A DNA stretch of 64,000 bases from a virus: IMG/VR virus record IMGVR_UViG_3300031963_000016, positions 32,001 to 96,000 of that record; one strand, 5' to 3'. Position 1 is the first letter of the stretch, and every line of letters starts with the position of its first letter. The notes beneath the pieces were generated by a model that searched no databases, had not been told where the DNA came from, and saw nothing but the letters and a program-made list of their open reading frames with translations. A program made the translations under genes and the position numbers. Positions 8,217-17,036 of this stretch are shown here, one piece after another.

Positions 8217-9124
8217 AAATAGCAGTATGTTCAGATATTCATCTTGAGTTTGGTCCAATCACTCTCGAAAATAATGAGGGTGTGGAAGTGCTCATTCTCT
8301 CAGGCGATATTTGTGTTGCTAGGGATCTACTTGATCACGATGATCCGATGCCATCTGAAAAGTCTAAAAAGGTGCACGAGTTCTTTTATAACTGTGCAAA
8401 TAAGTTTCCTTTTGTAATCTATGTGGCAGGTAATCATGAGCACTATCATGGTGACTTTGCGCACACGCTAAAGGATCTCAAACGTAAACTCAAGTATCTG
8501 CCCAATCTACAGGTTCTTGATAAAGAGTCGTGGATGCTACATGAAGAAGTAGTATTCGTCGGTGGTACACTATGGACTGATATGAATAAAGAAGATGCTT
8601 TAACTCTTTATCAAATTAAAGGTTACATGAATGACTTTCGCTGTATTAAAAACAGCAATCGTATGGTCACTTACAAATCACCAAAATATAAAACCGATGA
8701 GGAAGGTAAGTTGGTTTATGAGAACGATAAACTTATTGAGATTGGTATGAATGTCTCCGAACGTGTCTCTACATTCTGTCCTGAAGACACAGTAGAAGAT
8801 CATAAGAAGATGCTTGATGTAATTGACAAAGTCTACAATGAAACTCCTCCATGGATAAAGATTGTTGTGGTTGGTCATCACGCACCAAGCAAACTTTCTA
8901 CACATCCTCGCTACGCAGATGAGGTAATTACCAATGGTGCGTACTCTTCTGATCTATCTAACTTTATGCTTGATCGTCCAGGAATTAAACTTTGGACACA
9001 TGGGCATACTCATGAAGAGTTTGACTACATGATTGGTGATTGTCGTGTTGTTTGTAATCCTCGTGGTTATGACGGATATGAAGCACGTGCTGATAATTTT
9101 AAACTAAAGGTAGTAGAAGTATGA
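8213..9124 (+). CDS. Calcineurin-like metallophosphoesterase
   Basis: SDIH, GDI, GNHE, GHH, HGHTH, VCNPRGY. Confidence 0.9.
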   Translation: MKIAVCSDIHLEFGPITLENNEGVEVLILSGDICVARDLLDHDDPMPSEKSKKVHEFFYNCANKFPFVIYVAGNHEHYHGDFAHTLKDLKRKLKYLPNLQVLDKESWMLHEEVVFVGGTLWTDMNKEDALTLYQIKGYMNDFRCIKNSNRMVTYKSPKYKTDEEGKLVYENDKLIEIGMNVSERVSTFCPEDTVEDHKKMLDVIDKVYNETPPWIKIVVVGHHAPSKLSTHPRYADEVITNGAYSSDLSNFMLDRPGIKLWTHGHTHEEFDYMIGDCRVVCNPRGYDGYEARADNFKLKVVEV

Positions 9125-9456
9125 GTGATTATTATCCAGATAAGTGGGTTGTTATCAAGATTAGTATGCCAAACTCTACATCAATTCATAAAATTTTTGC
9201 TTGTTGGTATGGTGGTTGGGCTGGTGCAGATTCTTGGAAACTAAACAGTGGGATTACCAAAGCAACTCTCAGGGGGTGTGTTTATTCTTTTGAGGGTAGT
9301 TCTGGTTCTGTTTATGATTGTCATAAAGATTATTATGGGACAAACATGTATGGGCATGGTGTACTAAACAATCTGATTGATAAAATTACAAAAGCAGGTG
9401 GTAAGTGTGATATTCTTCCATCTGATACAAACTGGTTGGAGATAAATTATGAATAA
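9121..9456 (+). CDS. Conserved phage hypothetical protein
   Basis: PDKWVV...WYGGWAGADSWKLNSGI...FEGSSGSVY. Confidence 0.7.
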   Translation: MSDYYPDKWVVIKISMPNSTSIHKIFACWYGGWAGADSWKLNSGITKATLRGCVYSFEGSSGSVYDCHKDYYGTNMYGHGVLNNLIDKITKAGGKCDILPSDTNWLEINYE

Positions 9457-9637
9457 TTGGACAATTAAATTGGAAGAAGATCCAAAAACTGGAGATTTAA
9501 TCATGCCACTACCACCTGATCTTCTAAATCAGGTGGGATGGGATTTTGGTGATACATTAATTTGGGAGGATATGCAAAATGGAAGTTGGTCACTTAGAAA
9601 GAAAGACGATGGAACACCTACAGATTCCTCTGAGTGA
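9449..9637 (+). CDS. AbrB/MazE/SpoVT-like DNA-binding protein
   Basis: GDLIMPLPPDLLNQVGWDFGDTLIW. Confidence 0.65.
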   Translation: MNNWTIKLEEDPKTGDLIMPLPPDLLNQVGWDFGDTLIWEDMQNGSWSLRKKDDGTPTDSSE

Positions 9638-9754
9638 TACTGAAGAAGCTGTTTTACATTTGTTAAAGCGAGTAAAACAATTAGAATCAGAAAATCAATC
9701 ACTAAAAGAAGAAAATAAACAATTAAGATGGTCTTTGACGGAGCATGATTAAAT

Positions 9755-10006
9755 ATGACACTACCAAATGAAAGAAGAGTTGCTGTTTTACGCACAGAGG
9801 ACTTTTTAAAAGATCTATTAAATCCTCAAAAAACGCCAAGAGTGCCAAAAGAAATTCGTCAACGTGCGTCTGCATGTTTGAGACATTATCCATCTTCTTA
9901 TCATATGGATAAGGCTAAAGAAATCGCTCCAACGATTTTTGGTGAGTGGGATTCTGAATATACTCAGCATTCAGATTATTATTTTGATACGGAGAGAAAT
10001 AAATGA
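9755..10006 (+). CDS. BPSL0761-family protein
   Basis: MTLPNER..AV...EDFL.DL...PRVPKEIRQRA..CLRHYP. Confidence 0.7.
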   Translation: MTLPNERRVAVLRTEDFLKDLLNPQKTPRVPKEIRQRASACLRHYPSSYHMDKAKEIAPTIFGEWDSEYTQHSDYYFDTERNK

Positions 10007-10374
10007 GCAAAGTATTTACAGATGTACAAATGTTTATGCGAGCATGTGATCACATCACACCAAATGTTCCTTCTGAACCATCTGCATTGTCTGATTTGTA
10101 TAAATCACTAATTGAGGAAGAGTATGCTGAGTTTCAAGCTGCTTGCGACGCTAATAATGATGTAGAACAACTTGATGCATGTTTTGATATGATCTGGGTC
10201 ATTGTTGCATATGCTAAAACACGTGGTTGGGACATTGATAAAGCATGGGATGAGGGTGCAAAGAGCAATCTTTACAAGATTGATCAACTTTCTGGACGTG
10301 TACTTCGTCGTGAAGACGGAAAAATCTTGAAACCAAGGGGTTGGGAACCACCAAATTTCTCAAAATTTGTTTAA
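10003..10374 (+). CDS. MazG-like / PRA-PH NTP pyrophosphohydrolase
   Basis: LIEEEYAEF...EQLDACFD...SN...REDGKILKP.GWEPP. Confidence 0.85.
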   Translation: MSKVFTDVQMFMRACDHITPNVPSEPSALSDLYKSLIEEEYAEFQAACDANNDVEQLDACFDMIWVIVAYAKTRGWDIDKAWDEGAKSNLYKIDQLSGRVLRREDGKILKPRGWEPPNFSKFV

Positions 10375-10388
10375 AATGCAAAAAAATG

Positions 10389-10417
10389 TTGCTTTGTAAC
10401 ATTTTTTGTGGTATAAT
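10389..10417 (+). promoter_or_regulatory. Sigma70-type promoter overlapping a terminator-like inverted repeat (10381-10407)
   Basis: TTGCTT-N17-TATAAT; AAAAAATGTTGC-TTT-GTAACATTTTTT. Confidence 0.65.
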
Positions 10418-10423
10418 GACATT

Positions 10424-10921
10424 ATGAAAAAACTTTATATTGATATGGATGGTGTTTTGAGTGATTTTGACACGAAATTTGCAGAAATTTCGCCAGATTT
10501 ACCTGATCACGATCGTTTTAAGTCGGCTGTTTTGGATCACCAGATCTTTATTCATCTAAAACCACTTCCAGATGCTCAAGAATTGATGAAATATTGTCAA
10601 TGTTTGAGAAATATTCACATTGAAATTCTTACTTCTGTTGGTACATTCAATGAAGAGCGTGGTTTAGCCGCAAAATTACAAAAAAGAGCATGGTTAGACA
10701 AGTACAATATGTTTTATCCAGTCAATTTTGTTCGTTGCAAACCAGAAAAGGCAAATTTTGCTAATAAAGAGTCAATTTTAATTGACGATTCTCCAGGATG
10801 TATCAATCCATTCAATGAAAAAGGTGGTTGGGGAATTTTGCACAAGTCTGCCAAGAACTCTATTGAAGAATTAGAGAATGTTTTTAAGAAAATGAGAGAG
10901 TATACAGCATACACAACATGA
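10424..10921 (+). CDS. HAD-family 5'(3')-deoxyribonucleotidase
   Basis: LYIDMDGVLSDF...ILIDD. Confidence 0.85.
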   Translation: MKKLYIDMDGVLSDFDTKFAEISPDLPDHDRFKSAVLDHQIFIHLKPLPDAQELMKYCQCLRNIHIEILTSVGTFNEERGLAAKLQKRAWLDKYNMFYPVNFVRCKPEKANFANKESILIDDSPGCINPFNEKGGWGILHKSAKNSIEELENVFKKMREYTAYTT

Positions 10922-11205
10922 TGATAGATTTATTAAAGCCAACATTTGAATGGATCCGTGATGACTTTCATTCTCACCCTTTTCGTTTTATGGTCGAGTT
11001 TATTGCTTGGTGCATTAGTATTGGATGTAGCATCACAATGGCTCTTACAGTTCCAACTCCACCACTGCTTATTCTATATCCTATATGGATTCTTGGGTGT
11101 GCTATGTATGCTTGGGCTGCTTATACTCGCAAGTCCTTTGGTATGCTCGCTAATTATTTGCTCTTAACTACAATTGATATGTTTGGTTTGATAAGGATGC
11201 TATAA
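10918..11205 (+). CDS. Conserved multi-pass membrane protein
   Basis: Three hydrophobic segments; RKSFGMLANY motif. Confidence 0.7.
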   Translation: MMIDLLKPTFEWIRDDFHSHPFRFMVEFIAWCISIGCSITMALTVPTPPLLILYPIWILGCAMYAWAAYTRKSFGMLANYLLLTTIDMFGLIRML

Positions 11206-11870
11206 TGTTTATCAATTTATTGGAATTTTTAAACAATGAAAATACAAATATTGCATCCACGCATTTACCGAATATTGGAATTACATCTGTAAAGTTTACA
11301 GACGAAGAACTTTCACCATTGGTGAATGAAATTAATAAGATAAAATCTAATTTTGATACTGCAGATCCTTATCACTATGGATTAGCTGGACATATAAATC
11401 ATGAGTATCTTTTATCAGATAGTTTAAAACATGTCGAAGAAATTATGTTTCCTTCTATCTCAGAATTTATTATGACATATGAGATACATAAGAAAAATGG
11501 TATGCAAGTAAACAGCACAGTATATGCTTCTTTGAATCAACTGTGGGTGAACTTTCAAAATAAGAATGAATTCAATCCTTTACATAGACATTCTGGTGAT
11601 ATAAGTTTTGTTATCTGGTTAGAAATACCTTTTGAATTTAAAGAAGAACAAAAATATTACACTAAACATAATGAACCACGAGTTGGGTCTTTTAATTTTC
11701 ATTATACTAATACCATAGGTGAACTTATTAATGTATCAATCCCTGCTGATAAATCATATAAAAATTTAGCAGTAATTTTTCCTGCAGAAATGTCACATTC
11801 TGTTCATCCATTCTATTCTGATGGATATAGGATATCTGTTTCTGGTAATTGGAGTGTAAAGACACAATGA
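11205..11870 (+). CDS. Putative 2OG-Fe(II) oxygenase (TIGR02466-like)
   Basis: WVN...NEFNPLHRH...IFP..MSHSVHPF...RISVSGN. Confidence 0.8.
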   Translation: MFINLLEFLNNENTNIASTHLPNIGITSVKFTDEELSPLVNEINKIKSNFDTADPYHYGLAGHINHEYLLSDSLKHVEEIMFPSISEFIMTYEIHKKNGMQVNSTVYASLNQLWVNFQNKNEFNPLHRHSGDISFVIWLEIPFEFKEEQKYYTKHNEPRVGSFNFHYTNTIGELINVSIPADKSYKNLAVIFPAEMSHSVHPFYSDGYRISVSGNWSVKTQ

Positions 11871-12034
11871 AAAATTCTAAATTTAGACTTTGGGTTCAGC
11901 GTATTTGGTTTGAAAACACCCAAGAGCATTTAGACTATCATGAACTTCCATATACAATGGAACAATATTGGAATATGTACAAATATTGGCTTAAACGTGA
12001 ATATAAACATAGAATGAAAACAGGTAAATTGTGA
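11867..12034 (+). CDS. Hypothetical protein
   Basis: ATGA and GTGA overlaps with neighbours. Confidence 0.55.
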   Translation: MKNSKFRLWVQRIWFENTQEHLDYHELPYTMEQYWNMYKYWLKREYKHRMKTGKL

Positions 12035-12651
12035 ACATCTTTTATCTACATAATGATACTAAAGAATGTGCCAAACAACATCTTGATAAACACGTTGTCA
12101 AGATGATTCTAGAATATGCACAACTTCTTTCTACTGCTCATCGTCTTCTTGATGGAACAGAATATGAAGGTCGTACTGTAAAAGGTACTCGTAAAGCAAC
12201 TCGTTGGTTGTTATCAGACGATCGTGAGTCAAATATCTACATGGCATCACATATGAAACATCCATCAGGTATCTGGTGTCGTCAATCACAAGATAATTAC
12301 TGGTGGTTGTATAATCTTTGGCGTGATCTAATGAAAGAATACACATTTCGTTATGGAAAACATCATGTTGCTGAAAAATTGATTCCGTATCTCTCGTTCG
12401 CACCATCAAACATTCCTGTAGCTATTGCAGATCCTATGCCACAGTGCATGCCAGATCATTACAAAGTTCCTGGAGATTCTATTCAGGCATATCATAACTA
12501 TTATATCGGTGCTAAGCAATCATTTGCAGTATGGACTAATCGACCTATTCCAGAATGGTATGTCGAAGCATGGAAAACACAGAATCATAAACCCACAGCC
12601 CAAATAGATAAAAAGAACAATAAAGTTCGATTTAGAATGGTTTCATTATAA
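12031..12651 (+). CDS. denV: Pyrimidine dimer DNA glycosylase / endonuclease V-like protein
   Basis: MNIF.L.......A..H.DKHVVKMILEYAQLLSTAH...HP. Confidence 0.7.
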   Translation: MNIFYLHNDTKECAKQHLDKHVVKMILEYAQLLSTAHRLLDGTEYEGRTVKGTRKATRWLLSDDRESNIYMASHMKHPSGIWCRQSQDNYWWLYNLWRDLMKEYTFRYGKHHVAEKLIPYLSFAPSNIPVAIADPMPQCMPDHYKVPGDSIQAYHNYYIGAKQSFAVWTNRPIPEWYVEAWKTQNHKPTAQIDKKNNKVRFRMVSL

Positions 12652-12654
12652 ATA
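12647..12654 (+). promoter_or_regulatory. T4-type late promoter
   Basis: TATAAATA 5 nt before the ATG at 12660. Confidence 0.65.
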
Positions 12655-12659
12655 CATTT

Positions 12660-12908
12660 ATGCCTACATATTCATTTCGAGATAAACAAACAGGTGTTGT
12701 ATTTGAGAGATTTCTATCTTTTTCAGGTAGAGAAGAATATTTACAACAAAATCCACACTTAGAGCAGATTCACACTGCTGCGCCAGCGTTTACTGGCGAT
12801 CACATAGATGGTGTCAAGAAATACGACACAGGATTTAAGGAGGTGCTACAGAGAATACACGAAAAAACTCCAGGAAGCCAACTAAACAAATCATCATCAC
12901 AACTATAA
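12660..12908 (+). CDS. FmdB-like conserved T4-like phage protein (Cys-less)
   Basis: MPTYSF....TG..FE..LS......Y...NPHL. Confidence 0.65.
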   Translation: MPTYSFRDKQTGVVFERFLSFSGREEYLQQNPHLEQIHTAAPAFTGDHIDGVKKYDTGFKEVLQRIHEKTPGSQLNKSSSQL

Positions 12909-12921
12909 TTAAGGAGTCCTC

Positions 12922-13698
12922 ATGGCTCGTAAAACAAACGCTGCACTAGCAGTTGTTGAAAATAATGAATCTCGTGAGCCTAGAAAAGTTAACAATCAAC
13001 TGAAGTTAAGATTAGATGATTTAAAAACTTTTGAACCACTAACTGATAATCAGAAAAAGTTTTTTGATGCTTATAAAAGAGGAGATTATTTCGTAGCATT
13101 ACATGGAGTAGCAGGAACAGGTAAAACATTTATTGCTTTGTATAAAGCAATAGAAGAAGTCATGGATAAAAGCAATCCATTTAATAAAATAATTGTTGTT
13201 CGTTCTGCAGTACAGTCGAGAGAGATCGGTCATCTTCCAGGAGATGTTGGGGAGAAGATGGAAATTTATCAGCAACCATATCGTCAGATTTGCGAAACAC
13301 TGTTTGGTCGTAAAGATGCATGGGATCGTTTAGAGGAGCAACATCATATTGAATTTATTTCAACGTCGTTTATTAGGGGTATGTCTTTTGACGACGCTAT
13401 TATTATTGTAGATGAAATGCAAAATATGAATTTTGAAGAGATTGACACTGTTATGACACGTGTTGGTTATCGTTCAAAAATCATTTGGTGTGGCGATTAT
13501 CGTCAGACCGATTTAAGGAAAAATAATGACAAGTCTGGTTTGTTGAAATTTTTTGATATTGCTCAGCATATGGGCGCATTTACGAGAATTGAGTTTACCC
13601 CAGACGATATCGTGAGAAGCAGTTTAGTTAAAGATTACATCTTGGCTAAATTAAAATACGAAGATATCATAGAAGGAAAACCAAATGCTAACAGCTGA
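12922..13698 (+). CDS. phoH: PhoH-family ATPase
   Basis: GVAGTGKT, RSAV..REIGHLPG, FIRG.SFDDA.IIVDE.QN, GD..Q.D. Confidence 0.95.
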   Translation: MARKTNAALAVVENNESREPRKVNNQLKLRLDDLKTFEPLTDNQKKFFDAYKRGDYFVALHGVAGTGKTFIALYKAIEEVMDKSNPFNKIIVVRSAVQSREIGHLPGDVGEKMEIYQQPYRQICETLFGRKDAWDRLEEQHHIEFISTSFIRGMSFDDAIIIVDEMQNMNFEEIDTVMTRVGYRSKIIWCGDYRQTDLRKNNDKSGLLKFFDIAQHMGAFTRIEFTPDDIVRSSLVKDYILAKLKYEDIIEGKPNANS

Positions 13699-14308
13699 AC
13701 AATTTGCTCATCTATTTCCAAGAGCACAAGATCCACAAGGGTGGGTCAATTCAATGAATAATGTATTCCCAACATACGAAATTAATACACCCAATCGTAT
13801 TGCTGCATTCCTGGCACAATGCGGACATGAATCTGGTGGTTGGACAGTATTTGAAGAAAATTTAAACTATTCAGCAAAGGGATTGATGGGTATTTTTAGA
13901 AAGTATTTCCCAACAGAAGATCTAGCGAATGCTTATGCACGACAGCCTATGAAAATTGCCAATCGTGTTTATGCAAATCGTATGGGCAATGGTCCAGAGG
14001 AATCTGGCGACGGATGGTTATATCGTGGTCGTGGACCAATCCAGTTGACTGGAAAAGATAACTATCGTGCATTTGCAAAAGAAATGTTTGAAGATTGGGA
14101 AAATCTTTTTAATAATCCTGATTGGGTAAATGCAGATCGTGAGTTTGCTCTTATGTCTGCTATCTGGTTCTGGAATAAAAATAAATTAAATCGTGAAGCA
14201 GATGCTGGCGATATAAAAACGATGACTCGTAAAATCAATGGTGGTTTTATTGGTCTTGAAGATAGAATTAAACACTACAATGAGGCAATACATTTGCTAC
14301 ACGGATAA
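13685..14308 (+). CDS. Glycoside hydrolase family 19 (chitinase-like) endolysin
   Basis: AAFLAQCGHESG..ENLNYS..YRGRGPIQLTGKDNY..SAIWFW..INGG..GLEDR. Confidence 0.9.
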   Translation: MLTAEQFAHLFPRAQDPQGWVNSMNNVFPTYEINTPNRIAAFLAQCGHESGGWTVFEENLNYSAKGLMGIFRKYFPTEDLANAYARQPMKIANRVYANRMGNGPEESGDGWLYRGRGPIQLTGKDNYRAFAKEMFEDWENLFNNPDWVNADREFALMSAIWFWNKNKLNREADAGDIKTMTRKINGGFIGLEDRIKHYNEAIHLLHG

Positions 14309-14961
14309 TGAAAACATTTATACATCATGATTTACCCAAACTTGAACGTGATACAAAACCCGATGGAACTCGTTTATACAAAACGCCATCGGGTTTGTCC
14401 TATCCAAGCGTCACAACGATTACAGGATTGCTTAACAAGAAAGCAATTTTTGAGTGGCGAAAAAGAGTCGGAGAAGAAGAAGCAAACCGAGTATCATCAA
14501 GAGCATCAAGCAGAGGAACGAAAGTTCACCAACTCTGTGAAGACTATCTCCGTGGAAAACTTAATGAACCAGATATCTTTCATAAAGAAATGTTCGATTC
14601 AATTCGACCACTACTCGACCAAATCGACAACATTCACTGCTTGGAAGATCCACTCTATTCTGACCATCTACAAGTCGCTGGAACAGTTGACTGTATTGCA
14701 GAGTTCCAAGGTAAACTTAGTGTTATAGATTTTAAGACTTCTTCTCGTCCTAAAAGTAGAGATGACATTCACAATTATTTTATGCAAACATCAGCATATG
14801 CAGTCGCCTTTGAGGAACGAACAGGAATTCCTGTAGGACGTATGGTAATTATCATGGCTGTTGAAAATGATGATCCACGTTGGTTTATCGAGAAACGAGA
14901 TAACTGGGTTGCAGGATTTAAAAAACTTAGACTTGACTACAAGCATAAGTATAATGTATAA
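14308..14961 (+). CDS. PD-(D/E)XK exonuclease
   Basis: YPSVTT..RGTKVH..CE..E..L..AGTVD..IDFKTS..Q..AYA. Confidence 0.9.
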   Translation: MKTFIHHDLPKLERDTKPDGTRLYKTPSGLSYPSVTTITGLLNKKAIFEWRKRVGEEEANRVSSRASSRGTKVHQLCEDYLRGKLNEPDIFHKEMFDSIRPLLDQIDNIHCLEDPLYSDHLQVAGTVDCIAEFQGKLSVIDFKTSSRPKSRDDIHNYFMQTSAYAVAFEERTGIPVGRMVIIMAVENDDPRWFIEKRDNWVAGFKKLRLDYKHKYNV

Positions 14962-14962
14962 T
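14933..14962 (+). promoter_or_regulatory. Sigma70-type promoter for the tmRNA precursor
   Basis: TTGACT-N18-TATAAT immediately upstream of the acceptor piece. Confidence 0.55.
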
Positions 14963-14968
14963 AGAGGA

Positions 14969-15281
14969 ATTGCTGTATGAAGCGATGAGAAAGGTGTTCT
15001 GGACGAGGGTTCGATTCCCTCCACCTCCACCAGAAGCATACTAGGACTGGCGTAAGCCATCGTGGGTATAGTTCCTTCCGAGCCACGGATTTAAGTATGC
15101 TTCTGATGGGGGTGACTAGGTTTCGACAGGGCAAGTAGTAACAAAGTGGACAGCACGACAGGCGATCGTCGTAAATGAAGCAAATAAAGTAAACGCAAAT
15201 GATGAGGTTTACGCACTAGCTGCCTAATTAAAAGGTAAGCAGGAGTTTCGGTGGGTTTCTTGGCAACAGAATAACCCACCA
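14969..15281 (+). ncRNA. ssrA: Circularly permuted (two-piece) tmRNA: acceptor piece ~14969-15032, intervening segment 15033-15107, coding piece 15108-~15281; tag ANDEVYALAA at 15195-15227
   Basis: T-arm GAGGG-TTCGATT-CCCTC and CACCTCC-ACCA lie upstream of GGGGGTG-ACTAGGTTTCGAC; acceptor stem with G3.U70; GCA resume codon then ANDEVYALAA-stop. Confidence 0.93.
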
Positions 15282-15295
15282 CTTATGGAGACACA

Positions 15296-16165
15296 ATGGA
15301 AAAATTTTATGTAGATGATTGTCCAAAAGAATTACCAGTAGCAGATTGGATTAAAAGTAAAATAAAATGGAGAGAAGCAACTAATGATGTCATTGCTTCA
15401 TCACCATCTGCAAAATATATGGACATGGTATTTGAATTCACAGGTGATCTGGATGGATTAAAAAAATCTGTGAGTGATGCATTAAGTACTTATGGTTTTT
15501 TTGGATGGAGAACATCAGTAGGTGATGAAAAGAATTATGGTGGATATTCTATAACTTATAATCCAAATCTACAATATGATGACCAGGATATTCATCAACA
15601 CACACTTGGTACTAAATTAAACGCACCAAGTGATTTCTATGCAGGATCGTCAGTAAATCACACGTATTTAAAAAATAGTTATCTTGATGGCATGTCATTC
15701 ACAGAGTTTACTCCAGCAGCAAAGATTGGCTACATGGGAAAATTATTAGAAGATATAAACAGTAGAATTACAATCACAAGAAGCAGATTAGGAATAGTTA
15801 AAGGATCTGAAGTCTCAGATGAAAATAGATATCATATAGATTCAGAAGTGTTTGAATTATGTAGATTGAATATTCCTATTATTGCAAATGAATGTTTTGC
15901 TTTTCAATTTCAAGGTAGATTACCATATGTTTTAGAAGAAGGAAGAGCATATACTTGGCAAACAGAATTACCCCATAGAGTTTATTGTCATAAGAAAACT
16001 AGTCTTGACAGAGCAAATATGGTGATAGGATTATCTCCTTGGTTAAGTTACGATAAACAAGAGAGATATTGGTACGCTAATGAGTTTTATGGAAAGAAAC
16101 ACCCATTTGATATGATTATAGATGGAGATGTTACTGATAAAATAAAATTTTTAGGTGCCAGATAA
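15296..16165 (+). CDS. Asp/Asn beta-hydroxylase-like 2OG-Fe(II) oxygenase
   Basis: YHIDSE...RLNIPI...PHRV...R..MVIG (HxD...H triad pattern). Confidence 0.65.
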   Translation: MEKFYVDDCPKELPVADWIKSKIKWREATNDVIASSPSAKYMDMVFEFTGDLDGLKKSVSDALSTYGFFGWRTSVGDEKNYGGYSITYNPNLQYDDQDIHQHTLGTKLNAPSDFYAGSSVNHTYLKNSYLDGMSFTEFTPAAKIGYMGKLLEDINSRITITRSRLGIVKGSEVSDENRYHIDSEVFELCRLNIPIIANECFAFQFQGRLPYVLEEGRAYTWQTELPHRVYCHKKTSLDRANMVIGLSPWLSYDKQERYWYANEFYGKKHPFDMIIDGDVTDKIKFLGAR

Positions 16166-16280
16166 TGTTAGTGAGTCTTTGCTACACGACAGCAACCGAT
16201 ACCCAATGGTATCTTGTACTGTAATGATAGTGACGAGCTGATAATAGATGTTTAACAATTTCATTAAAAGGAAAAAATAA

Positions 16281-16448
16281 ATGAAAGCATTAATTACAGC
16301 AGTTATGATGACATTTGCATCAATTTCTTTTGCAGCCGATGCTAAAAAAGAAGCACCTAAAAAAGATGCTCCTAAAGCAGAAGTTAAGAAAGATGCTCCA
16401 AAGGCAGAAGTTAAGAAAGATGACAAGAAGCCAGCAGAGAAAAAGTAA
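16281..16448 (+). CDS. Small exported Lys/Ala/Pro-rich protein (not in ORF track)
   Basis: MKALITAVMMTFASISFA signal peptide then ADAKKEAPKKDAPKAEVKKDAPKAEVKKDDKKPAEKK; AAGGA SD; terminator follows. Confidence 0.8.
   Translation: MKALITAVMMTFASISFAADAKKEAPKKDAPKAEVKKDAPKAEVKKDDKKPAEKK
16362..16415 (+). repeat. 27-nt tandem repeat x2 (KDAPKAEVK)
   Basis: aaagatgctcc(t/a)aa(a/g)gcagaagttaag. Confidence 0.85.
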
Positions 16449-16453
16449 TTGAT

Positions 16454-16483
16454 TATTAGTGGGGTTCGCCCCACTAATATTTT
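16454..16483 (+). terminator. Intrinsic terminator
   Basis: TATTAGTGGGG-TTCG-CCCCACTAATA-TTTT. Confidence 0.85.
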
Positions 16484-16490
16484 CATCTTT

Positions 16491-17036
16491 ATGGATTTAA
16501 TAAAGCAATATAAAGAAATGCATAAAGATGAAAATCTTTATGAAGGATCATCTTTAAATATACACAAAGATAATATTCGTCAGTATTTAATTGGTTGTGA
16601 AAGTATTTTAGATTATGGATGTGGTAAAGCGATACAATATTATAAAGAAAAAACTCACGAAACACATTTCTTTGGTATAATGCCATCTCTTTATGACCCA
16701 GCAGTTGAACAATATTCAGTATTACCCGAAGGAACTTTTGATGCTGTTATATGCACAGATGTTCTAGAACATATTGAAGAACAACATGTTGGTAGTATTA
16801 TAAAAGAAATATATTCTAAGGCAAACAAATTCGTTTATCTTGGTATATGTAATATACCAGCAAATTCGTTTCTGCCAGATGGTAGAAATGCACATGTAAC
16901 ACTAAAAGATTTAAAATGGTGGGTAGAGCAAACATTGCCTTATGCAAATATTAAAACCTTAATGTATGTATATGGTAAAGGCAATGGAAAAGCCATTTTA
17001 GATAACTATGAAATTAATATGTTCAAAGACAGATGA
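16491..17036 (+). CDS. Class I SAM-dependent methyltransferase
   Basis: ILDYGCGK...YDP...FDAVICTDVLEHI. Confidence 0.85.
   Translation: MDLIKQYKEMHKDENLYEGSSLNIHKDNIRQYLIGCESILDYGCGKAIQYYKEKTHETHFFGIMPSLYDPAVEQYSVLPEGTFDAVICTDVLEHIEEQHVGSIIKEIYSKANKFVYLGICNIPANSFLPDGRNAHVTLKDLKWWVEQTLPYANIKTLMYVYGKGNGKAILDNYEINMFKDR

Noticed and set aside
15001-15032. Apparent tRNA fragment or integrase att site
   Set aside because: No anticodon arm; it pairs with GGGGGTG at 15108 and is the tmRNA acceptor piece; no integrase in the window
14791-15282. Minus-strand ORFs (LVEVEGIEPSS..., WRWRESNPRP...)
   Set aside because: Typical antisense translations of a T-arm/CCA end; the region is the + strand tmRNA gene
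16232-16275. CTGATAA resembling a hammerhead core or a fluoride riboswitch 3' half
   Set aside because: Required CTGANGA/GAAA core and GGNGATGG 5' elements are not present
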